Shown here in pieces: positions 19,701-30,310 of a stretch of 64,000 nt of DNA. This DNA comes from an uncultured delta proteobacterium. Its GTDB lineage: Bacteria; Myxococcota_A; Polyangia; Polyangiales; B10-G4. Where the stretch lies: the NCBI GenBank assembly GCA_963727445.1, contig CAVSGI010000010.1, forward strand, positions 352,001-416,000. The letters are read 5' to 3'. Made by a program: the position numbers and the translations under genes. The notes under the pieces are model-generated. The model had not been told where the DNA came from, searched no databases, and saw only the letters and a list, made by a program, of their open reading frames with translations. How positions within the stretch are numbered: position 1 is the first letter of the stretch; each line of letters opens with the position of its first letter.

Positions 19701-21475
19701 TAGACATCGGCGCGCAGCTCGGGGGACGCGGACTGCGCGTAGGCCTCGGCGCGTTCGAGGGCCGTCGACTCCGCGCCCGCGGTCTCCAGGGTCGCGCTCA
19801 GGTCTCGATGGACGCCGGTGACGCGGTCTCCTTCGACGATGCCGAGGAGAGAGAGGAGCGCTTCGGTGGCCTTGGTCTGATCACCTCGGAGGCCCCGATG
19901 CATCGTGGCGAGCTTTTCGAGGATCGGAACCCGCTGCTGCGGCGACAGCCCACCCACGTCTTCTTCGAGGAGCGCGGCGAGCTCGTCCCACTCTCCTGCG
20001 AGCTCGGCGAGGCGCACGCGATGGCTGCGCGCGTTCGCGGAGTCGGGCCCGGAGGTGAGGCCCTCGGCCTCGCGGAAGCACAAGAGGGCTGCGGGCACGT
20101 CCCCCAGCTCTTCCAGGAGCAGGCCGAGGGTGGGCAGATACTGCTTTCGACGACTGGGCGACCGCGAACAGACGTCCGCATAGACCTCGGCGAGCCCCGC
20201 ACGGTCGCCTTTGTCCGTCCGCACCCTCACCACCAGCTCGAGCGCCTGCTCGTGGTCCGGGTTCTCGGCCAGGAGCGCGAGGGCGTGCTCCGCGGCCCCT
20301 TCCGGGTCGCCAGGGGCGAGGATCGAAAAGAGCTTCTGATGGAGCTCGAGCTCGTCCGACTCCTCGATGACCTCGAAGCTGGCCTTCGCCCACCGTCGCG
20401 CCTCCACGCGTCGCTCCGCCGCATCGTGGAGCTCCACCGCGCGCAGGATCGCTTCGAGGTCGCCGCGCCGGGCGAGCTCTTCGAACCAGCTCAGCGCATC
20501 CTCGGGGCGACCGGCGGCGGAGAGCTCGCGCGCCAGACGCCAACGGACCTCGTCCGCCTTGGGCCCGTCGGGGAAGGCCTGGACGTGCTTCTCCCATCGG
20601 ATGAGCAGCTGGTCCGGCTCGTCGACGGCGAGCTCCTCGTAGAGCTCGAGCGCCGGGGAGTGCTCCGGGGAGACGTCCAGTGCCTCGCGCACGCACATGA
20701 TCTGGTCGTCGGGGTCCACCGCGTTGACCAGATCGACGAGGATGTCGGCGGCGGTGTAGCGATCCCGCGACCGCCGGTCCGGGTCGTCGGTCGTCTCCGC
20801 CCGCATCAGGAGCGTGTCCACCAGCTCGCGGCGGGTCTCGACGTCCGAGGGGAGGGTGCGGACCGCCCGCTCGAAGAGCTGCACGGCGAGGTCCATGTCC
20901 GCGAGGTGGTCGCGGACGATGCGCGCGCGGATACGGAAGAGCTCGGAGCGCCGGGTGCGATCCGGCTCCACGGCGATCTCGCTCTCCAGAATGTTGGACG
21001 CGTCTTGCCAGCGCTCGGTCTTGACCGCGACCCGGCGCGCCGCCTGGGCCACACCGATCTGCGAGGGGTCGAGCTCGAAGGCCCGCGCGTAGTGCTCGAA
21101 CGCTCCGTCGAGCCTCCCCGTTCGTTCCAGGGTGTGGGCGAGGCGCGCGTGCGTCGCGGCCATCTCTCGCGCGTCTCCTCTGGTCGCCGCCAGCACCTCG
21201 AGGCGCCGCGCCTGCTCGGTCGCGAGGCCGAGGTCGTCACCCAGCTTGGCCAGCGTCTCCTCGAGGAGCGCGGAGGCTCGTGCGTGGTCCGGAGCCTTGT
21301 CGATGGCCCCGCGCAGGTACGTCACGGCCTTGCGAGCTTTGTCGACCTCCAGGGCCCGCGCCCCGGCCTCGGCGAGGAGGTCGGCGGCCTGCCGCGGATC
21401 CGCACTGTTCTTCGCCTGTTTGGCGAGAACGCGAATACTCGGACGCTCGTCGTCGTTGCCGCCGAAGATGCCCAC
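16781..21475 (-). CDS. Giant TPR/alpha-solenoid protein (myxobacterial AgmK-like) with a Pro-rich C-terminal tail
   Basis: 1564 aa of helical TPR-like repeats (e.g. AADTWKRVIELAPDDPEAREAIARL) and a Pro/Glu-rich tail. Confidence 0.75.
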   Translation of the reverse strand: MGIFGGNDDERPSIRVLAKQAKNSADPRQAADLLAEAGARALEVDKARKAVTYLRGAIDKAPDHARASALLEETLAKLGDDLGLATEQARRLEVLAATRGDAREMAATHARLAHTLERTGRLDGAFEHYARAFELDPSQIGVAQAARRVAVKTERWQDASNILESEIAVEPDRTRRSELFRIRARIVRDHLADMDLAVQLFERAVRTLPSDVETRRELVDTLLMRAETTDDPDRRSRDRYTAADILVDLVNAVDPDDQIMCVREALDVSPEHSPALELYEELAVDEPDQLLIRWEKHVQAFPDGPKADEVRWRLARELSAAGRPEDALSWFEELARRGDLEAILRAVELHDAAERRVEARRWAKASFEVIEESDELELHQKLFSILAPGDPEGAAEHALALLAENPDHEQALELVVRVRTDKGDRAGLAEVYADVCSRSPSRRKQYLPTLGLLLEELGDVPAALLCFREAEGLTSGPDSANARSHRVRLAELAGEWDELAALLEEDVGGLSPQQRVPILEKLATMHRGLRGDQTKATEALLSLLGIVEGDRVTGVHRDLSATLETAGAESTALERAEAYAQSASPELRADVYRILARLFDEWGQTARAAEAWALVREAHPEDTEALERSVELAIVQERYAAALELLELWVKLVSGKEAVRLHRRIAELAEEHLSNVDRAADALTAALELAQDDRELAAEAAAALRRAQRFGEEKIVLGLLLSSALDAESRRVHQERMARLSADQLQDPDEALRMWTQLVGDTNDAAELEKLRDDAREEGDAARLDVILARLAAVTTDPDVRSGHALERAEILATDLGRPQLAMKVLAHAAKSFGQKNVALLEHLENLAKETGDQRMQARALEAQVPLTEGKRKRYVLRLLAKLYEGPLKETTGMVRALSRWEEMAPDEIDPRVALLPALAEREDWGGLLARLDDLIRLARKDRQRWIDIVAEAATEAAHPTESNTDEAESENARAWFLIEVAGRAEAPAQRLRLVVGAADRFAKAGRFQEALTATTRALELVGAGEELLDRAERFAESAGASAKLDALYEQLIEKAPTEADSVALALRHSNYLTARGRSDEAVDRLLRVSALMPTNEVLLDELETLAPRSGRMDDVLLAYVDRGHLIGGEEAVGLLCRGARVAYRAGKSRIVQQMLREAVNEAGDEDTLLDRIEAAAERLGREGTEQLVRVYESRGNDPAAPNAARAKALVRAARRMKAKLGLQEVAFGVLKTALALAPTEKGVLDAIEESAVERDLLDHLDQHLSKMVAESTDRREAAALVARQAQIYEQRLGRKSDAIDSYMRSISMNPDDEGVMRRLRFCLIESGRVQELTGLLERRIARLDDDQERVSHLRQLARLWEEEANNPWEAADTWKRVIELAPDDPEAREAIARLAQSSRVPPPPPPEREPEPTTAVSGPPSGLEALPPVEPEDETAVSGPPPPPPYEGDVKTAVSGPPEAVDDEAVTSERPAPPEEEEEVTSEVALPPPRKASGPPAPPPIPAAALANEEVPEVTTNRRIASPPTIAEAETAEIPLPPPKPKPKPSQDGDLPSIIVDPKLLDD

Positions 21476-21620
21476 GTCAGGCTGGGATGTTCGCCAGAAA
21501 ACGCGCCGACCGAAAGCCCAGTCATGTAGTCTTCGCCGAGAAGGTGAAGCCGACGACAGTCGACTCGACCCGCAGCCGAATTACCCGAGCCCTGGCCAAT
21601 CCCGCTCGAGTTCCTCGGGA

Positions 21621-23726
21621 ATGAGTGTCTCACGCGCACAACCCGGTGCCCGCCGCAGCTTCGAGCGAGAGGCGGGGACGCGACGAAAGTCGACCCGCGG
21701 CGCCATCGGACGAGCCTTTGGAGCCTTCTCCTTCGCCTATGCGGCTGCCCTCGTCTGGGCCCTGATCGACACCTTCTCCGGCGTGAGGCCCCAGCGCTTC
21801 GCGCTCGATTGCCTCGGGATCGCGACCGCTGCCTGGCTCGTCCCCGCTGGGGTCCTGGCCGTCTTCGCGCTGATCGTGCGCGCAGTCGTGGTGCGCGTCC
21901 GGCCGCTCCACGCGCTGCTCTTCCCCAGCCCGGGGCTGCTCCCCGGACGCCTGTCGGCGCTCCTTCTGGCCTCGACGGCGGTGTGGGCGATCGATCAGGC
22001 GGTCGGTCTGGTCGGACAGCGCTCGCTCACCACCCAGCGCTTCATGGCGGCGATCGCGGCCTTCGCCGTGGTGACCACCTTCGCGCTGATCCACCCGCGG
22101 CTCACGCGCGGGCTCGCGTGGCTCCTCGAGCGGTTGCCGCGAGCCTTCCGCCACCCGAGCGTCTTCCTGGTGACGCTCAGCGTGATGGTGGTGCTCTGGT
22201 TCCTCGTCGCCTGGTGGCTCGAGCCCGACTACGTGCGCGAGATCGGGTGGCAGATGCCCGCGTCGAATCTCGGGACCTTCGTGCTCGCGCTCCTCGGAGC
22301 TGCGGCCGGAAGGCGGACGGTCTACGTCGCCTCTCTCGTCGCCGGGCTCATGGTGGGTGTGGTCGTCTGGCATTTCGCCACCCCGCCGCCCGCGCTCGCG
22401 GTGCAAGCGGTGGAGAACCGCGGTCGGGTGACGCCGCGACTTGTGGCGCTCTGGACCATCTCGACCGATGACGGATTTTCGACTCCGGACGAGGTGCAGG
22501 CGTGCCGCCCCGCACAGGAAGTCGTCCCGCCGGAGGACATCGGAACGGTCGAGGATGGAGCGCCGGACATCGTGTTCATCACCGTCGACGGGTGGCGCTG
22601 GGATCACAGCAGCTTCGCTGCCGACAATGTGGGAGACCTGACCCCGCGCCTCTCGGTCCATGCGCGACGCGCGGCGATCTTCGAGCGCGCCTACTCACCC
22701 GCGTCGAGCACGCGTCAATCCTTCCGTTCGCTCTTCACCGGGCTCTACCCCGGCAGAGTCGGCGCGCCCGAGACCCCGGGCCTGCCGTGGGCGATGTCGC
22801 TGCCGGAGGAGCAGCCGACCATCGCGGCTTATCTGTCGGCAGCCGGCTACGAGACGATCGCCTTCATCTCCGAGAAGAAGGCCTTCCCCGAGCGCTACAA
22901 CGGCCTGTGGGGCTTCGACGAGATCGACGACCAGTACAGCGCCTACCAACTCCGCCATCGCTACACGGCCAGCTTCAAGATCAGCCACATCATCGGACGA
23001 CTCGCGCGACCCCCGAGCCTCACCGAGCCGCCGCGCTTCCTCTGGACACATCTGATCGAGCCCCACTATCCCTTCGTCTACGGCCCGGAGCTTCCCACCA
23101 CCGAGCGGCCGCCCTACCACGAGCGGCACAACCACTCGGTGCGCTATGTGGACCAGCAGCTCGACCGACTCCTCGAGTTCCTGAACGGGCGGGAGCGCAA
23201 GGACGACACCTGGGTGATCCTCACCGCCGACCACGGCGAGGCCTTCGGCGAGCATGGGTTTCGCCGGCACGGCGCCACGGTGTACGAGGAGGAGATCCAC
23301 GTGCCGCTGATCATCTGGGGGCCGGGCGTGCGGCCGGGCCGGCGCAGCGGCCCGGTCTCCACCATCGACCTCGTTCCCACCATCCTCGAGATGGCCGGGC
23401 TTCGTGTGCCGGAGTCGGTCTGCGGGACGAGTTTGATGCCGACGCTGATGGAGGGCGGCGAGCCCGAGCCGCATCCGATCTACGCCGCGGCCCTCCCGGA
23501 CGACACCACGGACTTCTTCGAGGTGGCCTGGATCGACGGCGACCGGAAGCTGATCCTCCACGCCGCGACCGGCGAGCTGGCGCTCTACGACCTCGGCGCC
23601 GACGCTGACGAGACCAAGAATCTCCTGGACGAAGAGCCGGATGCCGGGGACGCGATGGTCGAGTCCCTTCGGCAATTCTACGTCGACCACGGGATGGACC
23701 CGGCGGACTACCATCTGTCCGACTGA
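21621..23726 (+). CDS. Membrane-anchored sulfatase-like (alkaline phosphatase superfamily) hydrolase or transferase
   Basis: N-terminal TM bundle, then PDIVFITVDGWRWDH, HLIEPHYP, TADHGEAFGEHG, HVPLIIWGP and STIDLVPTIL. Confidence 0.8.
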   Translation: MSVSRAQPGARRSFEREAGTRRKSTRGAIGRAFGAFSFAYAAALVWALIDTFSGVRPQRFALDCLGIATAAWLVPAGVLAVFALIVRAVVVRVRPLHALLFPSPGLLPGRLSALLLASTAVWAIDQAVGLVGQRSLTTQRFMAAIAAFAVVTTFALIHPRLTRGLAWLLERLPRAFRHPSVFLVTLSVMVVLWFLVAWWLEPDYVREIGWQMPASNLGTFVLALLGAAAGRRTVYVASLVAGLMVGVVVWHFATPPPALAVQAVENRGRVTPRLVALWTISTDDGFSTPDEVQACRPAQEVVPPEDIGTVEDGAPDIVFITVDGWRWDHSSFAADNVGDLTPRLSVHARRAAIFERAYSPASSTRQSFRSLFTGLYPGRVGAPETPGLPWAMSLPEEQPTIAAYLSAAGYETIAFISEKKAFPERYNGLWGFDEIDDQYSAYQLRHRYTASFKISHIIGRLARPPSLTEPPRFLWTHLIEPHYPFVYGPELPTTERPPYHERHNHSVRYVDQQLDRLLEFLNGRERKDDTWVILTADHGEAFGEHGFRRHGATVYEEEIHVPLIIWGPGVRPGRRSGPVSTIDLVPTILEMAGLRVPESVCGTSLMPTLMEGGEPEPHPIYAAALPDDTTDFFEVAWIDGDRKLILHAATGELALYDLGADADETKNLLDEEPDAGDAMVESLRQFYVDHGMDPADYHLSD

Positions 23727-23762
23727 CGGCGCCGCCGATCCGGCCTACGATCGAAGCCGGAC

Positions 23763-24990
23763 GTGAACGCCGTCTACATCGCCGCATCGATCCCCCTCTT
23801 CTTCGTCCTCATCGCCGTCGAGGCATGGGCGAGCCGGCGTCAGGGTGAGGCGCGCTACGACTTCGCCGATTCGATCGCCGACCTCTCCTGCGGGATCAGC
23901 CAGCAGGTCTTGTCGGTCTTCTTCAAGGTGGGGGTGGTCGGCGGCTACGTCGTCGTCTACGAAGCGGCGCGCTTCACCACGCTCCCCGAGGGCGCATGGT
24001 GGACGTGGGCGCTCGGCCTCGTCGCCATCGACTTCGCCTACTACTGGGCCCACCGCGCGAGTCACCGGATCAACTTCCTCTGGGCGACCCACGTCGTCCA
24101 TCACCAGAGCGAGGAGTACAACCTCGCGGTCGCGCTCCGGCAGTCGGCCCTGCAGGGCCTCGCCTCGGTGCCCTTCTATCTGCCGCTGGCGCTGCGCGGG
24201 CGTCCCGCCGGTGGTCTTCGTCGCGGCCAAGACGATCGACACCCTCTACCAGTTCTGGATCCACACCCGCGCGATCGATCGGCTCGGGCCGCTCGAGTGG
24301 GTCATGAACACGCCCTCGCATCACCGCGTGCACCACGGCATCGATCGGCCGTACATCGACAAGAACTACGCGGGCATCTTCATCGTCTGGGACCGGCTCT
24401 TCGGCACCTTCGAGCCCGAGCGCGAGGAGCCCGCCTACGGCGCCGTGAAGCCCCTCCGGAGCTGGGATTGGCTCCGGGCCAACACCGCGGAGTGGGTGCA
24501 CATCGCGCGCATGTCGCGAAAGACACGCCGGCTCCGGGACAAGCTGCGGGTCTGGGTCGCGCCGCCCGAGTGGCGTCCGGCCAATCTCGGCGGTCCCGTG
24601 GAGATCCCCGACACACGCCGCGCGAGCCAGACCAAGTTCCACACCGAAGTCGACCGTGCCCTGAGACACCACGTGATGGCGAGCTTCGTTCCCGTCGCGG
24701 CGATGACGGTGCTGATCATCCTCTCTCCCAATCTCGCGCTGCCGCAGGCGGCGCTCGCCGTCCTGTGGGTGCTCCTCACGCTCTCTTCCTGGGCCGCGCT
24801 CTTCGAGGGAAGGGCGTGGGCGCGCTGGCTCGAGATCCCACGACTCGGGGGTCTGTTGGCGCTCATCGCTTGGGTCACCGCCGCGAGCTCGCACTTCGCG
24901 GTCGCGATCGGCGTCGCCTCGCTCTTCGTGCTCCTGACCTTCCCGCTCAGCCTCCGAGCCATTCGGCCGAGGGCGCCGGTGGTGGCGTGA
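23763..24990 (+). CDS. Sterol desaturase/fatty acid hydroxylase family, alkylglycerol monooxygenase (AGMO)-like (frameshift near 24195)
   Basis: His boxes HRASH, HVVHHQSEEYN, QFWIH and NTPSHHRVHHG plus DKNYAG..WDRLFGTF, split across two frames. Confidence 0.8.
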
Positions 24991-24993
24991 GGC

Positions 24994-25617
24994 TCAGAAG
25001 GAGATCTGCGCGCCCAACAGGACGTCGTAGCGTGTCAAGACCAGGCCGTTGACGAAGAAGTCGAGGCTCACCGGGCGCAGCCAGAAGCCGAGGCCTCCGT
25101 CGCCGACCAGGACCTTCACGTCGCCTGCGATTTGAATGTCGAAGTAGCCGCGTGTCTCGGTGCCGATGACCGACGAGGGGATGACGTAGAGGCCGAGTCC
25201 CGAGGCTGCGCTGGGGGCGAGCAGGATGGTGAGGTCGCCCCACTCCACGACCAGGAAATCGATGCCGATGCGCGCGCAGAACTGCAGGATGCTGTACTGG
25301 ATGAAGGACTCGCCCAGGGTGATCGCGCCGAAGACGCCCGGGTGATCGCCGAAGGGTAGGAAGTGGTAGCCGACCTCTTGGGTCAGCTTGAACTTCGTGT
25401 TCGATCCCGAGTTCAGGCCGAAGCTGAAGCCCAGACCAGCGGCGGCGTAGAACCGCCGCTCGTCATGACGGCTCGAGGCGCGCGTCTGCGGTGGAGGCGC
25501 ATCGTCGGCGTCGGCTGTGTGCGCCTGGTCCTCAGCGCTCTGCGCCTCGGCCGTCGTGGCGCAGCACAGGATCAGGCACGCGGCGACAAGCCATCCCAGG
25601 GTTCGGTTCGTTTGCAT
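24994..25617 (-). CDS. Putative small outer-membrane beta-barrel protein
   Basis: Signal peptide (AEA|Q), alternating amphipathic strands and a C-terminal Phe (LLGAQISF). Confidence 0.55.
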   Translation of the reverse strand: MQTNRTLGWLVAACLILCCATTAEAQSAEDQAHTADADDAPPPQTRASSRHDERRFYAAAGLGFSFGLNSGSNTKFKLTQEVGYHFLPFGDHPGVFGAITLGESFIQYSILQFCARIGIDFLVVEWGDLTILLAPSAASGLGLYVIPSSVIGTETRGYFDIQIAGDVKVLVGDGGLGFWLRPVSLDFFVNGLVLTRYDVLLGAQISF

Positions 25618-25620
25618 GCG

Positions 25621-26226
25621 TCAGTCGCATTCGTTGTCTTGGTTGCACGTCCGGCCGGCGCCGCAGTCCTGGTTGGACAGGCACGCGTTGCAGCGCCCGT
25701 TGATGCAGTACGGCCGGCCGCTGCCGCAATCGGTCGAGTTTCCACATTCGCGGCATCGCCCGTTGCGGCAGTAGGGCTGGTCGCCCGAACAGTCGGCGTC
25801 GCTGCCGCACTGGACGCAGATCCCGCCAGAGCACACCTGGTCACCGTCACAGGTCGCGGCCGTCTCACAGCGCGGCCGACAGTTGCCGCGGGGGTCGCAG
25901 GCTTCGTCCGCGGCGCAGTCCCCGTCGCCCTGGCACTCGTGGCACCGCCCGAGGCTCGCATCGCAGAACGGCTCGTCGCCCGGGCAGTCGGCGTTCTCGA
26001 GGCATCGACCGCAGAGCCCGTTGTTTCCACAGATGTCGTCGCAGCTCGCGTTGCTCACGCACTCGACGCAGAAGCCGTCGGGGGCGCAGATGGGAGTGTC
26101 CCCGGCGCAGTCGCCGGCCCCGCCGCATGTCTGCCCGTGCCCACGGGCGGGAGGGCTGTCCCCCCCTCCACAGGCGGCGAGGAGAAGAGGGGCGAGGAGG
26201 ACGGAGAAGCGAAGAGATCGGGCCAT
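25621..26226 (-). CDS. Cys-rich repeat lipoprotein
   Basis: Lipobox LLAAC and repeats of 'C.EC..D.DC....P.C..G.C'. Confidence 0.8.
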   Translation of the reverse strand: MARSLRFSVLLAPLLLAACGGGDSPPARGHGQTCGGAGDCAGDTPICAPDGFCVECVSNASCDDICGNNGLCGRCLENADCPGDEPFCDASLGRCHECQGDGDCAADEACDPRGNCRPRCETAATCDGDQVCSGGICVQCGSDADCSGDQPYCRNGRCRECGNSTDCGSGRPYCINGRCNACLSNQDCGAGRTCNQDNECD

Positions 26227-26258
26227 GCGCCTTGAGTCACCTCAGCCTGACGGATTGA

Positions 26259-27125
26259 TCAACCGAATGTCGAGGCCCGAGCGGACTCGCGGGCCAGAAG
26301 GAGCCGTTTTCGCTCGGCTCCCCAGCGATAGGCGCTCGTCTCGCCCACGGCCCGGATCACCCGGTGGCAGGGGACGAGCACCGCAATCCGGTTCTTGCCG
26401 AGAGCCGAGCCCACGGCCCGCGCCGCTCCCTTCGCTCCCACGGCTTCCGCCACCCGTCCGTAGCTGGCCACCTCTCCCGGACAAAGGGCGAGGACCGCTT
26501 CCCAGACCTTGAGCTGGAACGGGGTGCCGCGGAGCCACAGGGAGAGCGGCGCGCTGCCCGGGGCGTCCGTGCGGAACGCGCGGGCGACCACCGCTGCCGC
26601 GGAGGCGTCGTCGGCGACGAAGCGCGCGCGGGGGAGCTCGCCCTCGACGACCTTCAGCGGCGTGTCGACGCGAGGGCTCTCGACGAAGCTCATCGAGAAG
26701 ACACCCCGCCGCGTGGTGGCGACGAAGGTGTGGCCAAAGGGGCTGGGCGCGACGCCGTAGCGCACCTCGAGCCCGTCGCCCGCATCCTTGTACTGTCCCG
26801 GTGTCAGCGCCTCGGTCGTGACCATCAAATCGTGGAGCCGGCTCTGGCTGGTGAGCCCGGTGGTGGCGCTCGCATCGAGAGTGCTCGCGCCACGACGCAG
26901 GAGCGACTTGGCGTGCTCCTTCGTCAGGAACGCGAGGAAGCGCTTCGGCGGCACACCCGCCCAGCGCGTGAAGAGCCGACTGAGATGCGCCGGGCTGGTG
27001 TCCATCGCGCGCGCCAGCTCGGCGATCTGGGGGCGCTCCTCCTTCTGCGCGTCGAGCCATCTCAGCGCCTGGGCGACGCGGCGGTAGTCGAGCATCTCCT
27101 TGGGCGTCTCGAAGCGTGGGGTCAT
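26259..27125 (-). CDS. AraC-HTH plus methylated-DNA--protein-cysteine methyltransferase (Ada-like, no N-terminal Zn domain)
   Basis: HLSRLFTRWAGVPPKRF, GTPFQLKVW, ARAVGSA and the active-site PCHRV. Confidence 0.9.
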   Translation of the reverse strand: MTPRFETPKEMLDYRRVAQALRWLDAQKEERPQIAELARAMDTSPAHLSRLFTRWAGVPPKRFLAFLTKEHAKSLLRRGASTLDASATTGLTSQSRLHDLMVTTEALTPGQYKDAGDGLEVRYGVAPSPFGHTFVATTRRGVFSMSFVESPRVDTPLKVVEGELPRARFVADDASAAAVVARAFRTDAPGSAPLSLWLRGTPFQLKVWEAVLALCPGEVASYGRVAEAVGAKGAARAVGSALGKNRIAVLVPCHRVIRAVGETSAYRWGAERKRLLLARESARASTFG

Positions 27126-27233
27126 GAGGCTCGATTGTCGGGGTTTTGGCGGGTCATGCGATCCGATTTTTGTCCGGATCGCCGGTCCCGTTGGCGGTGT
27201 TTACTTCTGGACGGATGAGCCTATCTTCTCGCC

Positions 27234-27941
27234 GTGCCCACGGCTGTCCTCGATGCCCAGGGGATCACGAAGGTCTACCGCATGGGCGAGGTCGACGTTC
27301 ACGCGCTTCGCGGCGTGGACCTCTCGCTCCTGGAAGGTGAGTTTCTCGTGCTCGTCGGCGCGAGCGGGTCGGGCAAGTCGACGCTGCTCAACATCCTCGG
27401 CGGCCTCGATGTACCCACCGAGGGAAGGGTCTTCTACAGGGACTGGGAGCTCACCGATGCGGACGACGCCGAGCTCACGCGCTACCGCCGCGACAACGTC
27501 GGCTTCGTCTTTCAGTTCTACAACCTGATCCCGAGCCTGACCGCGCGCGAGAACGTCGAGCTGGTGACCGAGATCGCGCCCGACCCGATGGACGCGGCCG
27601 ACGCGCTCGCGTTGGTCGGTCTGGGCGACCGCGTCGACCACTTTCCGGCGCAGCTCTCGGGCGGTGAGCAGCAGCGCGTCGCGATCGCGCGCGCGGTCGC
27701 CAAGCAGCCTGCCGTGCTCATGTGCGACGAGCCCACTGGCGCCCTCGACTACAAGACCGGCATCAAGGTCCTCGAGGTGATCGAGCGGGTGAACCGCGAG
27801 CTCGGGACCACCACCGCCGTCATCACTCACAACGTTCCCATCGCCGCGATGGCCGACCGCGTGGTCACCCTCGCCGACGGACGCGTGGACTCGATCCAGG
27901 AGAACTCCGAGAAGGTCGCCGTTCAGGACATCCGATGGTGA
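27234..27941 (+). CDS. ABC transporter ATP-binding protein (LolD/MacB type)
   Basis: [31 protein letters not shown] and H-loop. Confidence 0.95.
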   Translation: MPTAVLDAQGITKVYRMGEVDVHALRGVDLSLLEGEFLVLVGASGSGKSTLLNILGGLDVPTEGRVFYRDWELTDADDAELTRYRRDNVGFVFQFYNLIPSLTARENVELVTEIAPDPMDAADALALVGLGDRVDHFPAQLSGGEQQRVAIARAVAKQPAVLMCDEPTGALDYKTGIKVLEVIERVNRELGTTTAVITHNVPIAAMADRVVTLADGRVDSIQENSEKVAVQDIRW

Positions 27942-30301
27942 GCCCTCTCGACAAGAAGCTCGTGAGGGATCTGAGCCGGATGGGTGGGCAGGTGCTCACC
28001 ATCTCGCTGGTGGTGGCGGCCGGTATCGCGGGCTACGTGGCGATGCGGGGGACCTACGCCTCGCTGATCTACTCGCGAGACGCCTACTACGAGCGCTATC
28101 GCTTCGCGGACGTCTTCGATCATCTCAAGCGTGCGCCCGACTCGGTGGCCGCCCAGATCCTGCAGATCGAGGGAGTGGCTTCGGTCTACACCCGCGTCGT
28201 CGAGCCGGCGACGGTTCCGGTGGACACGCTGCCCGAGCCGGCGTCGGGCTACCTGGTCTCGGTTCCGACCGACGGCCATCCGCTCCTCAACGACGTGTAC
28301 CTGCGGGCGGGACGCTACCTCGAGCCCGACCGCAGCGACGAGGTGCTCGTTCTGGAGTCCTTCGCGACGGCACACGACATACGCCCGGGTGACCGCATAC
28401 CGGTCGTGGTCAACGGCATCCTTCGGCGGCCGGTCGTGGTGGGCATCGCCATGACGCCCGAGTACGTGTTTCCGATGCCGGTCGGTGGCCTGAGCGCAGA
28501 CCCGGAGCGTTTCGCCGTCCTCTGGATGAACGAGGACGCGCTCTCCGCCGCCTTCGAGATGACCGGGGCCTTCGACGACGTGAGCTTGAGGCTTCAGCCG
28601 GGGGCATCCGAACGGGGGGTGATCACCGATCTCGACCGCGTCCTCGAGCCCTATGGAGGCCTCGGCGCCGTCGGTCGCGATCACCAGCAATCCAACATGA
28701 TCCTCAATGGCGAGCTGTCCCAGCTCGAGAGCTTCGCCACCGTGATCCCGATGATCTTTCTGGGGGTCGCCGCGTTCCTGCTGAACGTGGTCCTGTCGCG
28801 TCTGGTCAATCTCCAGCGCGTCCAGATCGCCGCCCTCAAGGCGGTCGGATATCCCGATCGCGACATCGGCATCCACTACGTGAAGCTGGTCCTGGTGATC
28901 GTGGCGATCGGGTCGATGATCGGAATCGCCACGGGCTCGTGGCTGGGCCGGGCGTTCACCAATCTGTACACCGAGTACTTTCGCTTTCCGGTGTTGGTCT
29001 ACCGGCTCAACGCGCAGGTCGTGATGGTGAGCGTGACCATCAGCCTGGTGGCGGGGCTCATCGGCGCGCTCGCGGCCGCGCGACGGGTGGCGCGCATGCC
29101 CCCCGCCGAGGCGATGCGCCCGCCGGCGCCGCCGAGCTTCAAGCCGACCTGGCTCGAGCGCCTGGGCTTCCACAAGCTGCTCTCGCCGAACGCACGAATG
29201 ATCGTGCGCGAGCTGGAGCGGCGGCCGATTCGCCTGATCCTCTCCAGCGTGGGCGTGGCCATGGCTGTGGCGATCCTGGTCGTCGGTCGCTTCAACGTCG
29301 ACGCGCTGGACTTTCTCATGCAGGTGCAGTTCCACGAAGCCTGGGCGGAGGACCTGAGCGTCACCTTTCGTAGCGCGGTGAGCGACCGCGCGATCCGCGA
29401 CCTGGCGCACATCCCCGGGGTCACACACGTCGAGGGCATGCGCACCGCGCCCGTGCGATTCAGAAATGGTCCGAGGTTTCGGGACGCAGCGATCGTCGGC
29501 TATCAGCACGGCGGCGAGCTGCGGCGACCCCTCGACGGGATGGGCCACGAGAAGGCGCTCCCCGATCAGGGCATCGTCCTGAGCCGCAAGCTCGCCGAGA
29601 TCCTGGAGGTGAGACCCGGGCAGACGGTGAGCGTCGAGGTGCGCGAAGGCGATCGCCAGGTCAAGGACGTGCTGGTCACCGACCTCATCGACGATTCCTT
29701 CGGCCTGATGGGCTACATGCGGCTGTCGACTCTGCAGCACTTTCTCGGCGAAGAGGATGTGGTCAATCAGGGGCTGATGCGCATCGACTCGCGCGACCTG
29801 GCAGAGATCCAACGACGGCTCAAGGAGCTGCCGGCGGTCCAAAGCGTGCTGCGCAAGCAGAACATCATCGATCTCTTCAACAAGCAGAGCGCCGAGATGA
29901 TGGTGGCGATGACGCTGATCATGACCCTCTTCGCGATGGTGGTCGCGGTGGGTGTGGTCTACAACAACGCACGCGTGGCGCTCTCGGTGCGGGCGCGCGA
30001 CCTGGGCAGTCTGCGGGTGCTCGGATTCTCCCGAACGGAGATCAGCGCGATCCTGCTGGGCGAGCTGGCGGTACAGCTGATCCTCGCGGTGCCGATCGGT
30101 CTGGGCATCGGAACCCTGATGGCCCACGGCGTCATGGCCGGCGTCGATCCGGAGCAGTATCGTATGCCGGTCATCATCAGCGCGCGCACCTACGCCTTCG
30201 CGGCGGTGGTGGCGCTGGCGTCTGGTGTGGCGAGCGCGCTGTTGGTTCGTCGGAAGCTGGACAAGCTCGACCTGATCGCTGTCTTGAAGACGAGAGAGTA
30301 G
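27935..30301 (+). CDS. ABC transporter permease (FtsX/MacB-like, duplicated)
   Basis: [13 protein letters not shown] start, two periplasmic domains plus TM bundles, [10 protein letters not shown] and [11 protein letters not shown]. Confidence 0.9.
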   Translation: MVSPLDKKLVRDLSRMGGQVLTISLVVAAGIAGYVAMRGTYASLIYSRDAYYERYRFADVFDHLKRAPDSVAAQILQIEGVASVYTRVVEPATVPVDTLPEPASGYLVSVPTDGHPLLNDVYLRAGRYLEPDRSDEVLVLESFATAHDIRPGDRIPVVVNGILRRPVVVGIAMTPEYVFPMPVGGLSADPERFAVLWMNEDALSAAFEMTGAFDDVSLRLQPGASERGVITDLDRVLEPYGGLGAVGRDHQQSNMILNGELSQLESFATVIPMIFLGVAAFLLNVVLSRLVNLQRVQIAALKAVGYPDRDIGIHYVKLVLVIVAIGSMIGIATGSWLGRAFTNLYTEYFRFPVLVYRLNAQVVMVSVTISLVAGLIGALAAARRVARMPPAEAMRPPAPPSFKPTWLERLGFHKLLSPNARMIVRELERRPIRLILSSVGVAMAVAILVVGRFNVDALDFLMQVQFHEAWAEDLSVTFRSAVSDRAIRDLAHIPGVTHVEGMRTAPVRFRNGPRFRDAAIVGYQHGGELRRPLDGMGHEKALPDQGIVLSRKLAEILEVRPGQTVSVEVREGDRQVKDVLVTDLIDDSFGLMGYMRLSTLQHFLGEEDVVNQGLMRIDSRDLAEIQRRLKELPAVQSVLRKQNIIDLFNKQSAEMMVAMTLIMTLFAMVVAVGVVYNNARVALSVRARDLGSLRVLGFSRTEISAILLGELAVQLILAVPIGLGIGTLMAHGVMAGVDPEQYRMPVIISARTYAFAAVVALASGVASALLVRRKLDKLDLIAVLKTRE

Positions 30302-30310
30302 GGAGGCCCC

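Noticed and set aside
17417..21529. Very long antisense or alternative-frame ORFs (also 998-3532, 7623-10259, 27923-30988, 49329-51794, 53768-56017)
   Set aside because: These are shadow ORFs of high-GC coding genes. They have no motifs and lie opposite well-supported CDSs.
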